Position numbers and translations under genes: made by a program
Part shown: one piece after another, positions 40,710 through 49,063 of the stretch
How the letters are laid out: each line of letters opens with the position of its first letter
Position numbering within the stretch: position 1 is the stretch's first letter
The notes under the pieces: generated by a model
Database searches by the model: none
What the model saw: only the letters and a program-made list of their open reading frames with translations
What the model was told of the DNA's origin: nothing
Assembly: GCA_963674705.1 (NCBI GenBank)
Contig: OY771506.1
Coordinates: 1,728,001 to 1,792,000 of the forward strand
Origin: Phycisphaeraceae bacterium
GTDB taxonomy: Bacteria > Planctomycetota > Phycisphaerae > Phycisphaerales > Phycisphaeraceae
DNA length: 64,000 bases
Direction: 5' to 3'

Positions 40710-40800
40710 CGATCTTATCGGTCATGCCTTTCATCAACAGTGTTGCATGGATGCGCACAGACACGTCCATGCGCCTATGGGTAGTGAACCAGGTGATCGA

Positions 40801-41670
40801 TCACAGCCGCGAATACCGCCACACCGCGCGGTACAGCCCCGCTACCTGTTCCCGTGGATGCACAGCCGGTGCGAACTTCGGGTTCAAGGGTTGTAGCCGA
40901 ACCAACTCGCCGTCCTCATCAAAGTACACACGCTTAAAGGTTGTCTCATGATCCGGCTCAAGCCTGACAAAACAATCACACCCGTCCGTCACATCCGCCG
41001 CCGGGCTGAACACGACGATGTCGCCCTCCCGATACTCAGGCAACATCGACTCGCCGTTCACCACCGCGGCAAAGGCATCCGGATCATCCAACCCCGGGCA
41101 ACTCACGTAATCGTCCGCGGCGCGGGCCGGGTAATCCAGATCGGTAAACCCGCACGGGTAACCCGCAGCGACCTTGTTGATAAGCGGGACGCGAGGCATT
41201 TGGGCTACTTGGTACGACGTTTGATCGTCATGCTCAATCGCGACAGTCTCGTTATGCGATGCTGTCGCACCCTCAACCGTGCCAAGCGCATTATCAATCA
41301 TCTTTCGCAGTTGCCCGCTTTGATACAAACCGTCAAGGTCCTTACCGATGCCTTCTTTGCTCCGCGCGCTATCCCGGATAAACCGCGCCAGCGCCCGGCC
41401 TCGCTTCGCATCATCCGACAACCGCTGTACCTCATCGCGCACACCCGCCGGCGCCCGCTCCCAGTCGCCGGTGCGCTGCAGCGAACCATCCGTGACCTGA
41501 AGCGCCGCTTCCAAAGCACGCAACAATGCCGTCGAAGGCGGATTCGCCACCCGATGGTTTTCGATCATCGACAGATAGCTCTTGGTCGATCCGACCGCCT
41601 TGGCCAGGTCCTCCAGTGTTAGCCCGAGTTTGAGCCGTTGCTCGTGCAGTTGTTCGCCGAGCGTGTGCAT
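40801..41670 (-). CDS. CI/LexA-like repressor (XRE HTH plus S24 peptidase)
   Basis: LTLEDLAKAVGSTKSYLSMIEN HTH; VAAG cleavage site, GESM (Ser) and TFKR (Lys); GGGAGG RBS before ATG 41670. Confidence 0.9.
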   Translation of the reverse strand: MHTLGEQLHEQRLKLGLTLEDLAKAVGSTKSYLSMIENHRVANPPSTALLRALEAALQVTDGSLQRTGDWERAPAGVRDEVQRLSDDAKRGRALARFIRDSARSKEGIGKDLDGLYQSGQLRKMIDNALGTVEGATASHNETVAIEHDDQTSYQVAQMPRVPLINKVAAGYPCGFTDLDYPARAADDYVSCPGLDDPDAFAAVVNGESMLPEYREGDIVVFSPAADVTDGCDCFVRLEPDHETTFKRVYFDEDGELVRLQPLNPKFAPAVHPREQVAGLYRAVWRYSRL

Positions 41671-41685
41671 CGTTGGCCTCCCGAA

Positions 41686-41703
41686 GTTCAAAATCCATTG
41701 AAC
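41686..41703. promoter_or_regulatory. Palindromic operator 1 (GTTCAA-N6-TTGAAC)
   Basis: GTTCAAAATCCATTGAAC between the repressor start and the divergent promoter; second copy at 42235. Confidence 0.7.
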
Positions 41704-41709
41704 ATTTGC

Positions 41710-41738
41710 TTGACAGCAGACCCAACGTCCGCGATAAT
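41710..41738 (+). promoter_or_regulatory. Near-consensus sigma-70 promoter driving the terminase module
   Basis: TTGACA-N17-GATAAT, 40 nt upstream of ATG 41779. Confidence 0.7.
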
Positions 41739-41778
41739 ACCCTAACAAATACCATACAAGTAGGGGGATTTCAAGCCC

Positions 41779-42195
41779 ATGTCTCCGAATCTCAGCCAGA
41801 TTTCCACCACCGCACACGCCCAGCGTCAGCTCAAACGCAAGCAGGTACAGGAGTTATTGGCACTTGCAGATTATTTGCCGGATAAGGACCGTGTCTTGAT
41901 CGAGCACGTCCTGGGCAAGGGTATGCCCGTCGCTCGGGTCGCCAAGCTCTATCAGCGTCCACCCCGCCAGCTTCAACGGCAGGCGACAAACGTCATTAAA
42001 CGCATGTCAGATCAGCTATTTAAGTTCGTCGCCCTGCACATGAATACCCTCCCGGCCGAGACGCGCACCACCGCCCGATACGTCGTCCTGCAAGGTAAAA
42101 GCCTGCGCGAAACCGCCCGATCCACCAACACAAGCCTCCACTACGTCCGCAGACACATGGATATCGTCCACGCCACCGCACGCTTGCTCGCCTGA
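41779..42195 (+). CDS. Small basic HTH protein (sigma region-4-like), probable regulator
   Basis: Two HTH-like repeats (LPDKDR.LIE...GMPVARVAK; LPAETR...VLQGKSLRETA); divergent from the repressor. Confidence 0.6.
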   Translation: MSPNLSQISTTAHAQRQLKRKQVQELLALADYLPDKDRVLIEHVLGKGMPVARVAKLYQRPPRQLQRQATNVIKRMSDQLFKFVALHMNTLPAETRTTARYVVLQGKSLRETARSTNTSLHYVRRHMDIVHATARLLA

Positions 42196-42234
42196 TCCAG
42201 CCCGCCGGGGCAAATCAATCACCCACCTGTTCAG

Positions 42235-42252
42235 GTTCAACCATCATTGAAC
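42235..42252. promoter_or_regulatory. Palindromic operator 2 (GTTCAA-N6-TTGAAC)
   Basis: GTTCAACCATCATTGAAC, 14 nt before ATG 42267; both copies are followed by ATT. Confidence 0.7.
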
Positions 42253-42266
42253 ATTGCGGAGCCGTC

Positions 42267-42941
42267 ATGCGCATCAATCTCGAACACGCCGTCGATTCTG
42301 CCGTCACCTGCTCGCCCAACGTCCTCGAAGTCGCCGCGATGTTCGGCCTGGGGATCGACCAGGATCGCACCATCCAGATCATCCCCCAAACCGAACTCAC
42401 CCTCTTGCCGGGCAAGATCGTCTTCATCACCGGCTCAAGCGGCGGCGGCAAGTCCACCCTCCTGCGCCTGATCCGCGAGCAACTGTCTAACGATGACGCC
42501 GCGCATGTCCTGTGCTTCGATCAACTCCCGCCTGTCGATGACCGCCCGTTGGTCGATTGCTTTCCAAACCGGCCGCTCGATCAGACGCTGCGACTGCTCT
42601 CGCTTGCCGGGCTCAACGACGCGTTCGTCATGCTCCGCAAACCCTCCCAGCTATCCGACGGCCAGCGCTACCGCCTGCGCCTCGCTCAAGCCATGGCCAT
42701 GACCGAAGAAGACGTCCTACCAAGCATCAAGAAGATCATCCTCGCCGATGAATTCTGCGCTACCCTCGACCGCGTCACCGCCAAAGTCATCGCACGCAAC
42801 GTCCGCAAATGGATCACAAACACCAGCGCCTGCTTCATCGCCGCGACCACACACGACGACCTGCTCGAATCCCTCGACCCCGACATCCTCATCGAAAAAC
42901 ACCTCGGCGAATTGCTTGACCTTCTCACAAAGACCGCCTGA
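42267..42941 (+). CDS. Stand-alone ABC-type ATPase (phage-associated type)
   Basis: GSSGGGKST Walker A, LSDGQRYR signature, ILADEF Walker B, ATTH; no permease nearby. Confidence 0.8.
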   Translation: MRINLEHAVDSAVTCSPNVLEVAAMFGLGIDQDRTIQIIPQTELTLLPGKIVFITGSSGGGKSTLLRLIREQLSNDDAAHVLCFDQLPPVDDRPLVDCFPNRPLDQTLRLLSLAGLNDAFVMLRKPSQLSDGQRYRLRLAQAMAMTEEDVLPSIKKIILADEFCATLDRVTAKVIARNVRKWITNTSACFIAATTHDDLLESLDPDILIEKHLGELLDLLTKTA

Positions 42942-43741
42942 TGCGTAGCACACTTAAACAACGCTTCAACACGCATCGCCATGATCGGCCTGACGAGCAA
43001 CTCACACTCGTCGAGGGCACAATGGCCGATTACAACGCGCTTAAGCAATACCACTACCGTGCCAAACGCCCCGCCACCGCAACACGCATCCTGGCGCTGC
43101 GTCATTCCGCACCCACTGCTGCGACACGTTTCAAACATGAGCCGCCGGCACAACAAACCGTTGCTGTGCTCATCGAGTCGCTACCAAGCCTGGCATGCAG
43201 GATGCGCAATCTCGCACTTAGCGAACGTTACGGCAAAGGCCTGACAGCTAAGCAGCAGGCAACGCTACTCAATAAAGAAGTCCGCGTGATCAGCCGTGTC
43301 GTTGTGCATCCATGCTGGCGCGGATTGGGCCTGGCGGTCCGTCTCGTCCGCGCTGCGCTTAGTGCACCCACAACCATCTACACCGAAGCGATCGCTGCGA
43401 TGGGTAAGGTCAATCCGTTCTTTACACTCGCCGGCATGTCTGCTTATCCCCGCCCGCCGCACGCTTGCGACACACGTCTCATCGAAGCGATGCAGAGTAT
43501 CAACCTGAAGCCTCACAACCTCGCCTTAATCGAACAAACCCAACAAACCATCGATGCACTTGCATCACCCATGCGCACCTGGTTTCTCAAGGAACTACAC
43601 CGCTGGTACCGCCAGAACGCCGGCCGAAGCAGCACGCACAGCAAAGACCCACACGACCACCTCCTCGCCGCCCGCCAGCGCCTCCTATGCGAAACCATCT
43701 ACTACCTCAAAGACAACCGCGAAGTAGTGGTTGGTGATTAG
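42941..43741 (+). CDS. GNAT-like acetyltransferase coupled to the ABC ATPase
   Basis: ISRVVVHPCWRGLGLA acetyl-CoA motif A; YHY near the N-terminus; TGATG overlap with the ATPase. Confidence 0.7.
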   Translation: MRSTLKQRFNTHRHDRPDEQLTLVEGTMADYNALKQYHYRAKRPATATRILALRHSAPTAATRFKHEPPAQQTVAVLIESLPSLACRMRNLALSERYGKGLTAKQQATLLNKEVRVISRVVVHPCWRGLGLAVRLVRAALSAPTTIYTEAIAAMGKVNPFFTLAGMSAYPRPPHACDTRLIEAMQSINLKPHNLALIEQTQQTIDALASPMRTWFLKELHRWYRQNAGRSSTHSKDPHDHLLAARQRLLCETIYYLKDNREVVVGD

Positions 43742-43838
43742 TGCTGAGTGATTAGCAAACCAATCTTCTGTGCTAACAGCTAAAGGCTAACGGCTAACGG
43801 CTCCTACCCTACACCCAACACCCTACACCCCACACCCT
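43724..43838. repeat. Heptamer tandem arrays (TGATTAG / CTAACGG / CCCTACA types)
   Basis: gctaacagctaaaggctaacggctaacgg then accctacacccaacaccctacaccccacaccct. Confidence 0.6.
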
Positions 43839-43847
43839 GCCACCCCC

Positions 43848-44423
43848 ATGCAATCCCAAACACTCCCCTTAACCGAACTCCACCCCCACCCCGCCAACAG
43901 CAACGTCATGCCCGCGCACCTGCTGGGCAAGCTCGTCAAGCATATCGGTGCGACCGGCCAATATCCGCCGATCGTCGTGCGCAAGCACAACAACGCCTAC
44001 CAGATCCTCGACGGCCACCACCGCGTCAAGGCCTTGCAACAACTCGGACGCGCCAATGCCAACTGCATCGTCTGGCAAGCCAACGATGAAGAGGCCCTGT
44101 TACTACTCGCCACGCTCAACCGCCTGCAAGGCCAGGACGATCCGCTCAAACGCGCACACCTGCTTAAGACGCTTGCCAAACATCACGACCCCGGTCTACT
44201 AAGCAAACTCCTGCCCGAACGCATCGAGCAAGTGAAGAAGCTGCTATCACTGGATGCAAAACCACCAAAGCCAACCTCGCCGCCTAATCTTGATGACATG
44301 CCGATCGCGGTCCACTTCTTCCTGTTGCCCGCACAGAAGCGGAAGCTATCGCAGTGCCTTAAACAATTAGGTGGGACGAGAGAGCAGGCGCTGATGAGGT
44401 TGGTTGATGAGAGAAGCCATTAG
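43848..44423 (+). CDS. ParB/sulfiredoxin-like N-terminal domain protein
   Basis: LHPHPANSN, PIVVR, YQILDGHHRV.AL, N.LQG. Confidence 0.8.
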   Translation: MQSQTLPLTELHPHPANSNVMPAHLLGKLVKHIGATGQYPPIVVRKHNNAYQILDGHHRVKALQQLGRANANCIVWQANDEEALLLLATLNRLQGQDDPLKRAHLLKTLAKHHDPGLLSKLLPERIEQVKKLLSLDAKPPKPTSPPNLDDMPIAVHFFLLPAQKRKLSQCLKQLGGTREQALMRLVDERSH

Positions 44424-44586
44424 CCCTTAGCTATTAGCCATTAGCTAGACACAAATCACCAGCTACCAACTACCAAGATACCCGCCCCTTCGCTGCGCTC
44501 AGGACCGGCGTTGGGGGAGAGAAGCCGTTAGCCATTAGCGATTAGCAATACCATTTCCACCCCCCACCCCCCACCCCCCCACACCC
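44409..44586. repeat. Heptamer arrays (CCATTAG type) and C-rich tract
   Basis: gagaagccattagcccttagctattagccattag, repeated as gagaagccgttagccattagcgattag. Confidence 0.5.
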
Positions 44587-44593
44587 TTCAAAT

Positions 44594-45055
44594 ATGCCCA
44601 ACAATATCGACAACACGAAACGCGCCGAATTGATCAACGACCTGATCCACGCCAAGCTCGATATCACAGAACTTGAAAGCCGTTACGGCATCACAGCCGA
44701 TCAGATTTCACAATGGGTCCGTGAGCCGGACAACTACAGCTGTCTTGCGGGCTTGAGCGTCGTTGCCGACATCCAGACGCAACTTTTGCTCAATCGCCTC
44801 CGCGCAAGCGCCGCCACGCAGTTGTTTGAGTTGGCGATGAAGCCTGTTGATGAAACAAAGGTGGCGCTGGATATCTCCCGACGGGCGTGCGTCGACCTGC
44901 TCAAGCTCGACCTGCCGCGTGCTGACACGAACAAGCAGTTTGCCAATAGCGACGATCAATCATCGTCCGCGCAGAGCCTGGACATGTTGCGTCAACTGAT
45001 CCAGCAGCCTGAAAACGACAACGTTGCACATGATACGGACGAGCGCGATGATTAA
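44594..45055 (+). CDS. Putative terminase small subunit (N-terminal HTH)
   Basis: ITELESRYGITADQISQW HTH, helical core; immediately upstream of and overlapping terL. Confidence 0.55.
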   Translation: MPNNIDNTKRAELINDLIHAKLDITELESRYGITADQISQWVREPDNYSCLAGLSVVADIQTQLLLNRLRASAATQLFELAMKPVDETKVALDISRRACVDLLKLDLPRADTNKQFANSDDQSSSAQSLDMLRQLIQQPENDNVAHDTDERDD

Positions 45056-46553
45056 ATCAGCCAAACACCCGCCCGTAAAAACCATCACGCAATTGCAAGC
45101 ACTTGAGCCGACCAATGACAGCGAGCTGCACCGTTTTGTTCAGTATGCGTTTGGTTTGAACGTTCCGCGCAAGCCGATCATCGAAGGCAATACCGCGCCG
45201 TTCGATTACCTGTCCCATGCTTACTTCGAGCCGACGCCCACACTCGGACACAACCCGACGCGAGACGCGGTCGTCTGGGCGAACCGTGGCGGGGGCAAGA
45301 CCATGCTTGGTGCGGCCGCGACGCTGCTCGACATGCTATTCAAACCTGGCATCCAGATCAGCATCCTCGGCGGATCGTTCGAACAATCCTGCAAGATGCA
45401 CGATCACCTGCTCTCACTGGTCGATCGACCGTGGTTCCGACACCTGCTGCGCAGCGAACCCACGCAGCGCTACATCGAACTGTTCAACGGCAGCCGGGTG
45501 CGCATCCTCGCCGGCTCGCAACGATCGATCCGAGGCGTACGCGTCCATAAACTCCGCTGCGATGAGGTTGAAGAATTCCAACGCGATGCATGGGAGGCTG
45601 CGCAACTCGTTACACGTTCCGGTTTCTGCGGCGAAAAGTTCATCCACGGCTCCGTCGAAGCGCTCTCCACAATGCACCGCCCCTTCGGGCTCATGGCTGA
45701 GATCACACACGGCCGCAATGATGAGGAAGCCAACGAAAGAAAACTCTTCCGCTGGTCCGCCATCGATGTCATCGAAAACTGCTCCCCGTTTCGCTCATGC
45801 GAAAGCTGCGAGCTTTGGCAGGACTGTCAAGGCAAAGCCAAACACGCCCGGGGCTTTGTCGCAATCGACGACCTGATCCATCAGAAGCAGCGCACCAGCA
45901 TCCGCACGTGGGCGGCCGAGATGATGTGCCAGGAACCCGAGGTAAGCCACTGCGTTTATGCGGAGTTCGATAAAACACAGAACGTCTGTAGCAATGTTCC
46001 CGAGGTTGAAACCGGTGCATGGATCGGCGGGATGGACTTTGGCCTGCGCAACCCCACCGTCATGCTCTGGGCACGTGTCGGCCCGCCAGATCACGACCCG
46101 ACACAGCGCACGATCCAAATCATCGATGAATACATCAAAGGCGAATTGATCTTCGATAAACACCTCGAAGCGATCCACACACGCGCCGAGTTGCAAGGTT
46201 GGCCACGCGTTGACTGGTTGGGTGCGGACCCGGCAGGTAACCAGCGCAACAGCCATTCTGGCGTCAGCGATGTGCAGGTCCTGCGCACCTCGGGCTACAC
46301 CGTCCGCACGCGTCAATCACACATCAGCGACGGTATCGAACGCATCCGCCGACGACTCGACCACGGCACCCTCTTCATCCACCCGCGCTGCCAGCAACTG
46401 ATCAAAGCGATCCAGTCCTATCACTACGATGTGAAAAATCCCCACCGAGAAGAACCGATCAAGGACGGGCCGGACCACCTGTGCGACGCTCTTCGCTATA
46501 TGGTTGTTAATTTGGAATTAGGATCGGGGAAGGTAGTTGTTGAGAGGTATTGA
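45048..46553 (+). CDS. terL: Terminase large subunit
   Basis: NRGGGKT Walker A, LRCDEVEE Walker B, GGMDFG nuclease start, ADPAG, DHLCDALRY; start could be 45030. Confidence 0.9.
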   Translation: MIKSAKHPPVKTITQLQALEPTNDSELHRFVQYAFGLNVPRKPIIEGNTAPFDYLSHAYFEPTPTLGHNPTRDAVVWANRGGGKTMLGAAATLLDMLFKPGIQISILGGSFEQSCKMHDHLLSLVDRPWFRHLLRSEPTQRYIELFNGSRVRILAGSQRSIRGVRVHKLRCDEVEEFQRDAWEAAQLVTRSGFCGEKFIHGSVEALSTMHRPFGLMAEITHGRNDEEANERKLFRWSAIDVIENCSPFRSCESCELWQDCQGKAKHARGFVAIDDLIHQKQRTSIRTWAAEMMCQEPEVSHCVYAEFDKTQNVCSNVPEVETGAWIGGMDFGLRNPTVMLWARVGPPDHDPTQRTIQIIDEYIKGELIFDKHLEAIHTRAELQGWPRVDWLGADPAGNQRNSHSGVSDVQVLRTSGYTVRTRQSHISDGIERIRRRLDHGTLFIHPRCQQLIKAIQSYHYDVKNPHREEPIKDGPDHLCDALRYMVVNLELGSGKVVVERY

Positions 46554-46555
46554 GC

Positions 46556-46729
46556 AGGGTGTAGGGTGTTGGGTTTAGGGTGTAGGGTATTGAGAATGAG
46601 CGCGGTGCAACCCCTGCGGATCATGATCCACAGGGAATAAGGGCGATAAACAAGAATAGAAAGAAACGATGAATGGAGCTTAGCCGATAACTTCTTGACC
46701 CTACACCCAACACCCTAAACCCTACACCC
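46556..46729. repeat. Inverted heptamer arrays forming a long hairpin between terL and the FHA gene
   Basis: GGGTGTA-type array 46556-46588 and its complement 46698-46729 (about 28/32 matches). Confidence 0.7.
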
Positions 46730-46733
46730 CGCC

Positions 46734-47195
46734 CTACTTCCTCTTCTTCCCAAACGGCAGCAGCGCCCGCAGCATCATTGTTGCGCCGGAGTCGTGCTCT
46801 CGGCGTTCGTTTTCCGCTTCGTGCAGGTGGTCGATCTCAGCCTGGAACTTTTTCTCCGCGTTGCGCTGGTAACGCTTGGCCTGCAGGTCGTCGTCGAACT
46901 CGTCGAGCGTGAACGCCATGATCGTGTGGCCGATCTGGATGGCGTCACCCTCGTGCAGGATCTTGAACTTGATGACACGTTCGCCGTTGACGAATACGCC
47001 GTTGTGGCTGTCCATGTCGACGGCGTAGTAGCAGCCGTCGCTTGACTCGAGCCGAACCTCCATGTGGTTGCGTGAAACGCAAGCGTCCTTGATCTGAGCG
47101 AGCAGTTTGCTGTCTCGGCCGAACATGAACGCACGCTTGCCGATGGTGTACCACTCGCCCTTGTTATTGCCGTTGAGCACAACGATTGTCGCCAT
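46734..47195 (-). CDS. FHA domain protein
   Basis: FGR, VSRNH, DMDSHNGVFVNG and GDAIQIG motifs. Confidence 0.88.
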   Translation of the reverse strand: MATIVVLNGNNKGEWYTIGKRAFMFGRDSKLLAQIKDACVSRNHMEVRLESSDGCYYAVDMDSHNGVFVNGERVIKFKILHEGDAIQIGHTIMAFTLDEFDDDLQAKRYQRNAEKKFQAEIDHLHEAENERREHDSGATMMLRALLPFGKKRK

Positions 47196-47357
47196 ACGAA
47201 GATGCCTCCCATCGACATGAAAGCCGACATGCCCCTGACCGAAGGTCAATCAGTGCACCGCAGTATAACCGCCAACCGCATGGGTTGGTCAAGTCCACGG
47301 TATCAAGATTCGGATGAATGCCTGTGCCGATAAAGTGAATTGCAGTACAACCCGGCA

Positions 47358-48815
47358 TTATTCCCGCAAATTGCTGCGCTTGATCAGGCACATCCTCACA
47401 TCGCCCGGGCGTGTCGTCCAGATAAGATCAGAGACGACAACCGCATCGTCACCATCGTTCCAAGGCCGAACGAGCCAGGCCGCATCAGGATCACCCTCAT
47501 CACCGGGGATATGGTTGTATCCCAACAGCGGTTGGATCGGCGTGTAATCCGTATTTTCGAAACGGATCGGTTCACCTTGCGTGTGAGACTGCACATCTTT
47601 ACAGAACGCAACGACGTTATCGCCGAGTTGATCGACCGCTGCGGGTGAGAAGAACAATTCGTAAATGGTCAGCACGATCGCAAAAATCAAGCCGAGCGCC
47701 GCCGGCTGCCACGGACGCAAACGCAACAGCCGTTTGCCTTCAACGATCAACCAGAACGCAGCAAGCACACCCGCCGCGGGGTACGCCGGCGCGAGGTAAT
47801 CTGCGCGCTTGCCGCCGGACAGGCTGAAGAAAATGATCACTAACAGCACCCACCCCATTGCCGCTCCAAGCGGACCGCTGAACCAATCCCGCTTCTGCTT
47901 CGCCGCGAACACGTGCCAGATGCCCATGGCAGCGAAGATCGACCACGGGAAAAACTTCGCCACGAAGTAGGCCGGCATCTTATATAGTTCGAGCACAATC
48001 CCGACGGGCCCGCCACGACCGACGCGCTCGACCGTTTCGTAGCCGAGGAACACTTCCTTGAAGTGGGCGGGATTACTCATGTAGGCGCTGTACGCCCACA
48101 CACCAAACAGCATGATCGCCAAAGGCAAACCCCACAGAATCCCCGACCGCAGCATTGCTTTCCAGTTGCCTGCAAATAGCTTCCCGCCTAACACGACATA
48201 AATCACAAGCAACAGTGCCGGCGGCCCCTTCGTCAACGCCGCGCCCGCCACGCAAAGCCACAGCACAACCTGTGCAACTAAAACTAGAAGTTTCGTACCC
48301 GCATCATCTCGTTTCACTAACAACCATGACGCCATCGCCCACCCGACAGTAAGAAATCCTGACAGCACCATGTCGGGACGAGCGGTGTAGCACAGTTTCG
48401 CGATGCTGTAGTTGGTAAGTAAGGCGATGCAGGCGATCGCGGCAAACGCATCAGGTAATGAAGCGTTGTCGTTTTCAGAATCCGCAAGCAAACGTCTGGC
48501 TGTCCACTTTGCCATGATCCATGTTGCGACGATCATCACCAGCGTCGCCAGCGTTGAAGGCAGCTTTAATGCAAACTCGCTGTGCCACCCCGCCGCGACC
48601 GCCGGCACGCCGATCCAGTTATACATCGGCGGCTTCGTCGCCGGCCTGCCCAGCATATCCATCGGCAACAGCCACCGCCCGTTCTGCACGATGTCCACCG
48701 TGTACGCCACCGTCTTCGGCTGATCGTTGTCATACAGATCGCTAGGCCCGGCCCAACGCCCGACCAACACCACCGCTGCGACCAATAGCAATATCAGGAT
48801 CGGCCAGTGCTTCAT
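47358..48815 (-). CDS. ArnT/PMT-family (GT-C) glycosyltransferase
   Basis: KPPMYNW, ARPDM, LTKGP and KRADYLAPAYP motifs; multiple TM helices. Confidence 0.8.
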   Translation of the reverse strand: MKHWPILILLLVAAVVLVGRWAGPSDLYDNDQPKTVAYTVDIVQNGRWLLPMDMLGRPATKPPMYNWIGVPAVAAGWHSEFALKLPSTLATLVMIVATWIMAKWTARRLLADSENDNASLPDAFAAIACIALLTNYSIAKLCYTARPDMVLSGFLTVGWAMASWLLVKRDDAGTKLLVLVAQVVLWLCVAGAALTKGPPALLLVIYVVLGGKLFAGNWKAMLRSGILWGLPLAIMLFGVWAYSAYMSNPAHFKEVFLGYETVERVGRGGPVGIVLELYKMPAYFVAKFFPWSIFAAMGIWHVFAAKQKRDWFSGPLGAAMGWVLLVIIFFSLSGGKRADYLAPAYPAAGVLAAFWLIVEGKRLLRLRPWQPAALGLIFAIVLTIYELFFSPAAVDQLGDNVVAFCKDVQSHTQGEPIRFENTDYTPIQPLLGYNHIPGDEGDPDAAWLVRPWNDGDDAVVVSDLIWTTRPGDVRMCLIKRSNLRE

Positions 48816-49063
48816 CACGGCAACAGCATAACGCATCACGCGCAATGACGGATCAACCCACGGTGTAACGGGTGCCACATCTTGATCGCGTAGCGACAAG
48901 GTGTGCTGCTGCCGACACACTTTGCTCCTGCGGAGTCAAAGTGTGGCACCCACCCCACTACGCGCCAAGTAGATCTGCTCTAACCAGGCATGAACAAACC
49001 ACACTTGTTTAGCAGGCGATCGAAGATCGCCGTGTTCCCACCGCATACATCAAAATGTCCCAA

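Noticed and set aside
42267..42941. ABC transporter
   Set aside because: No permease or binding protein; it is coupled to a GNAT-like gene instead.
43848..44423. Chromosome or plasmid partition system
   Set aside because: Only a ParB N-terminal-like domain, with no ParA or recognisable parS; the context is terminase-associated.
8998..46553. A single intact 37-kb prophage
   Set aside because: The interval is filled with housekeeping genes, and no integrase, replication genes or att repeats were seen. A decayed or rearranged prophage is not fully excluded.
46556..46729. Telomere-like TTTAGGG repeats
   Set aside because: Only single TTTAGGG units inside degenerate heptamer arrays in a bacterial intergenic region.
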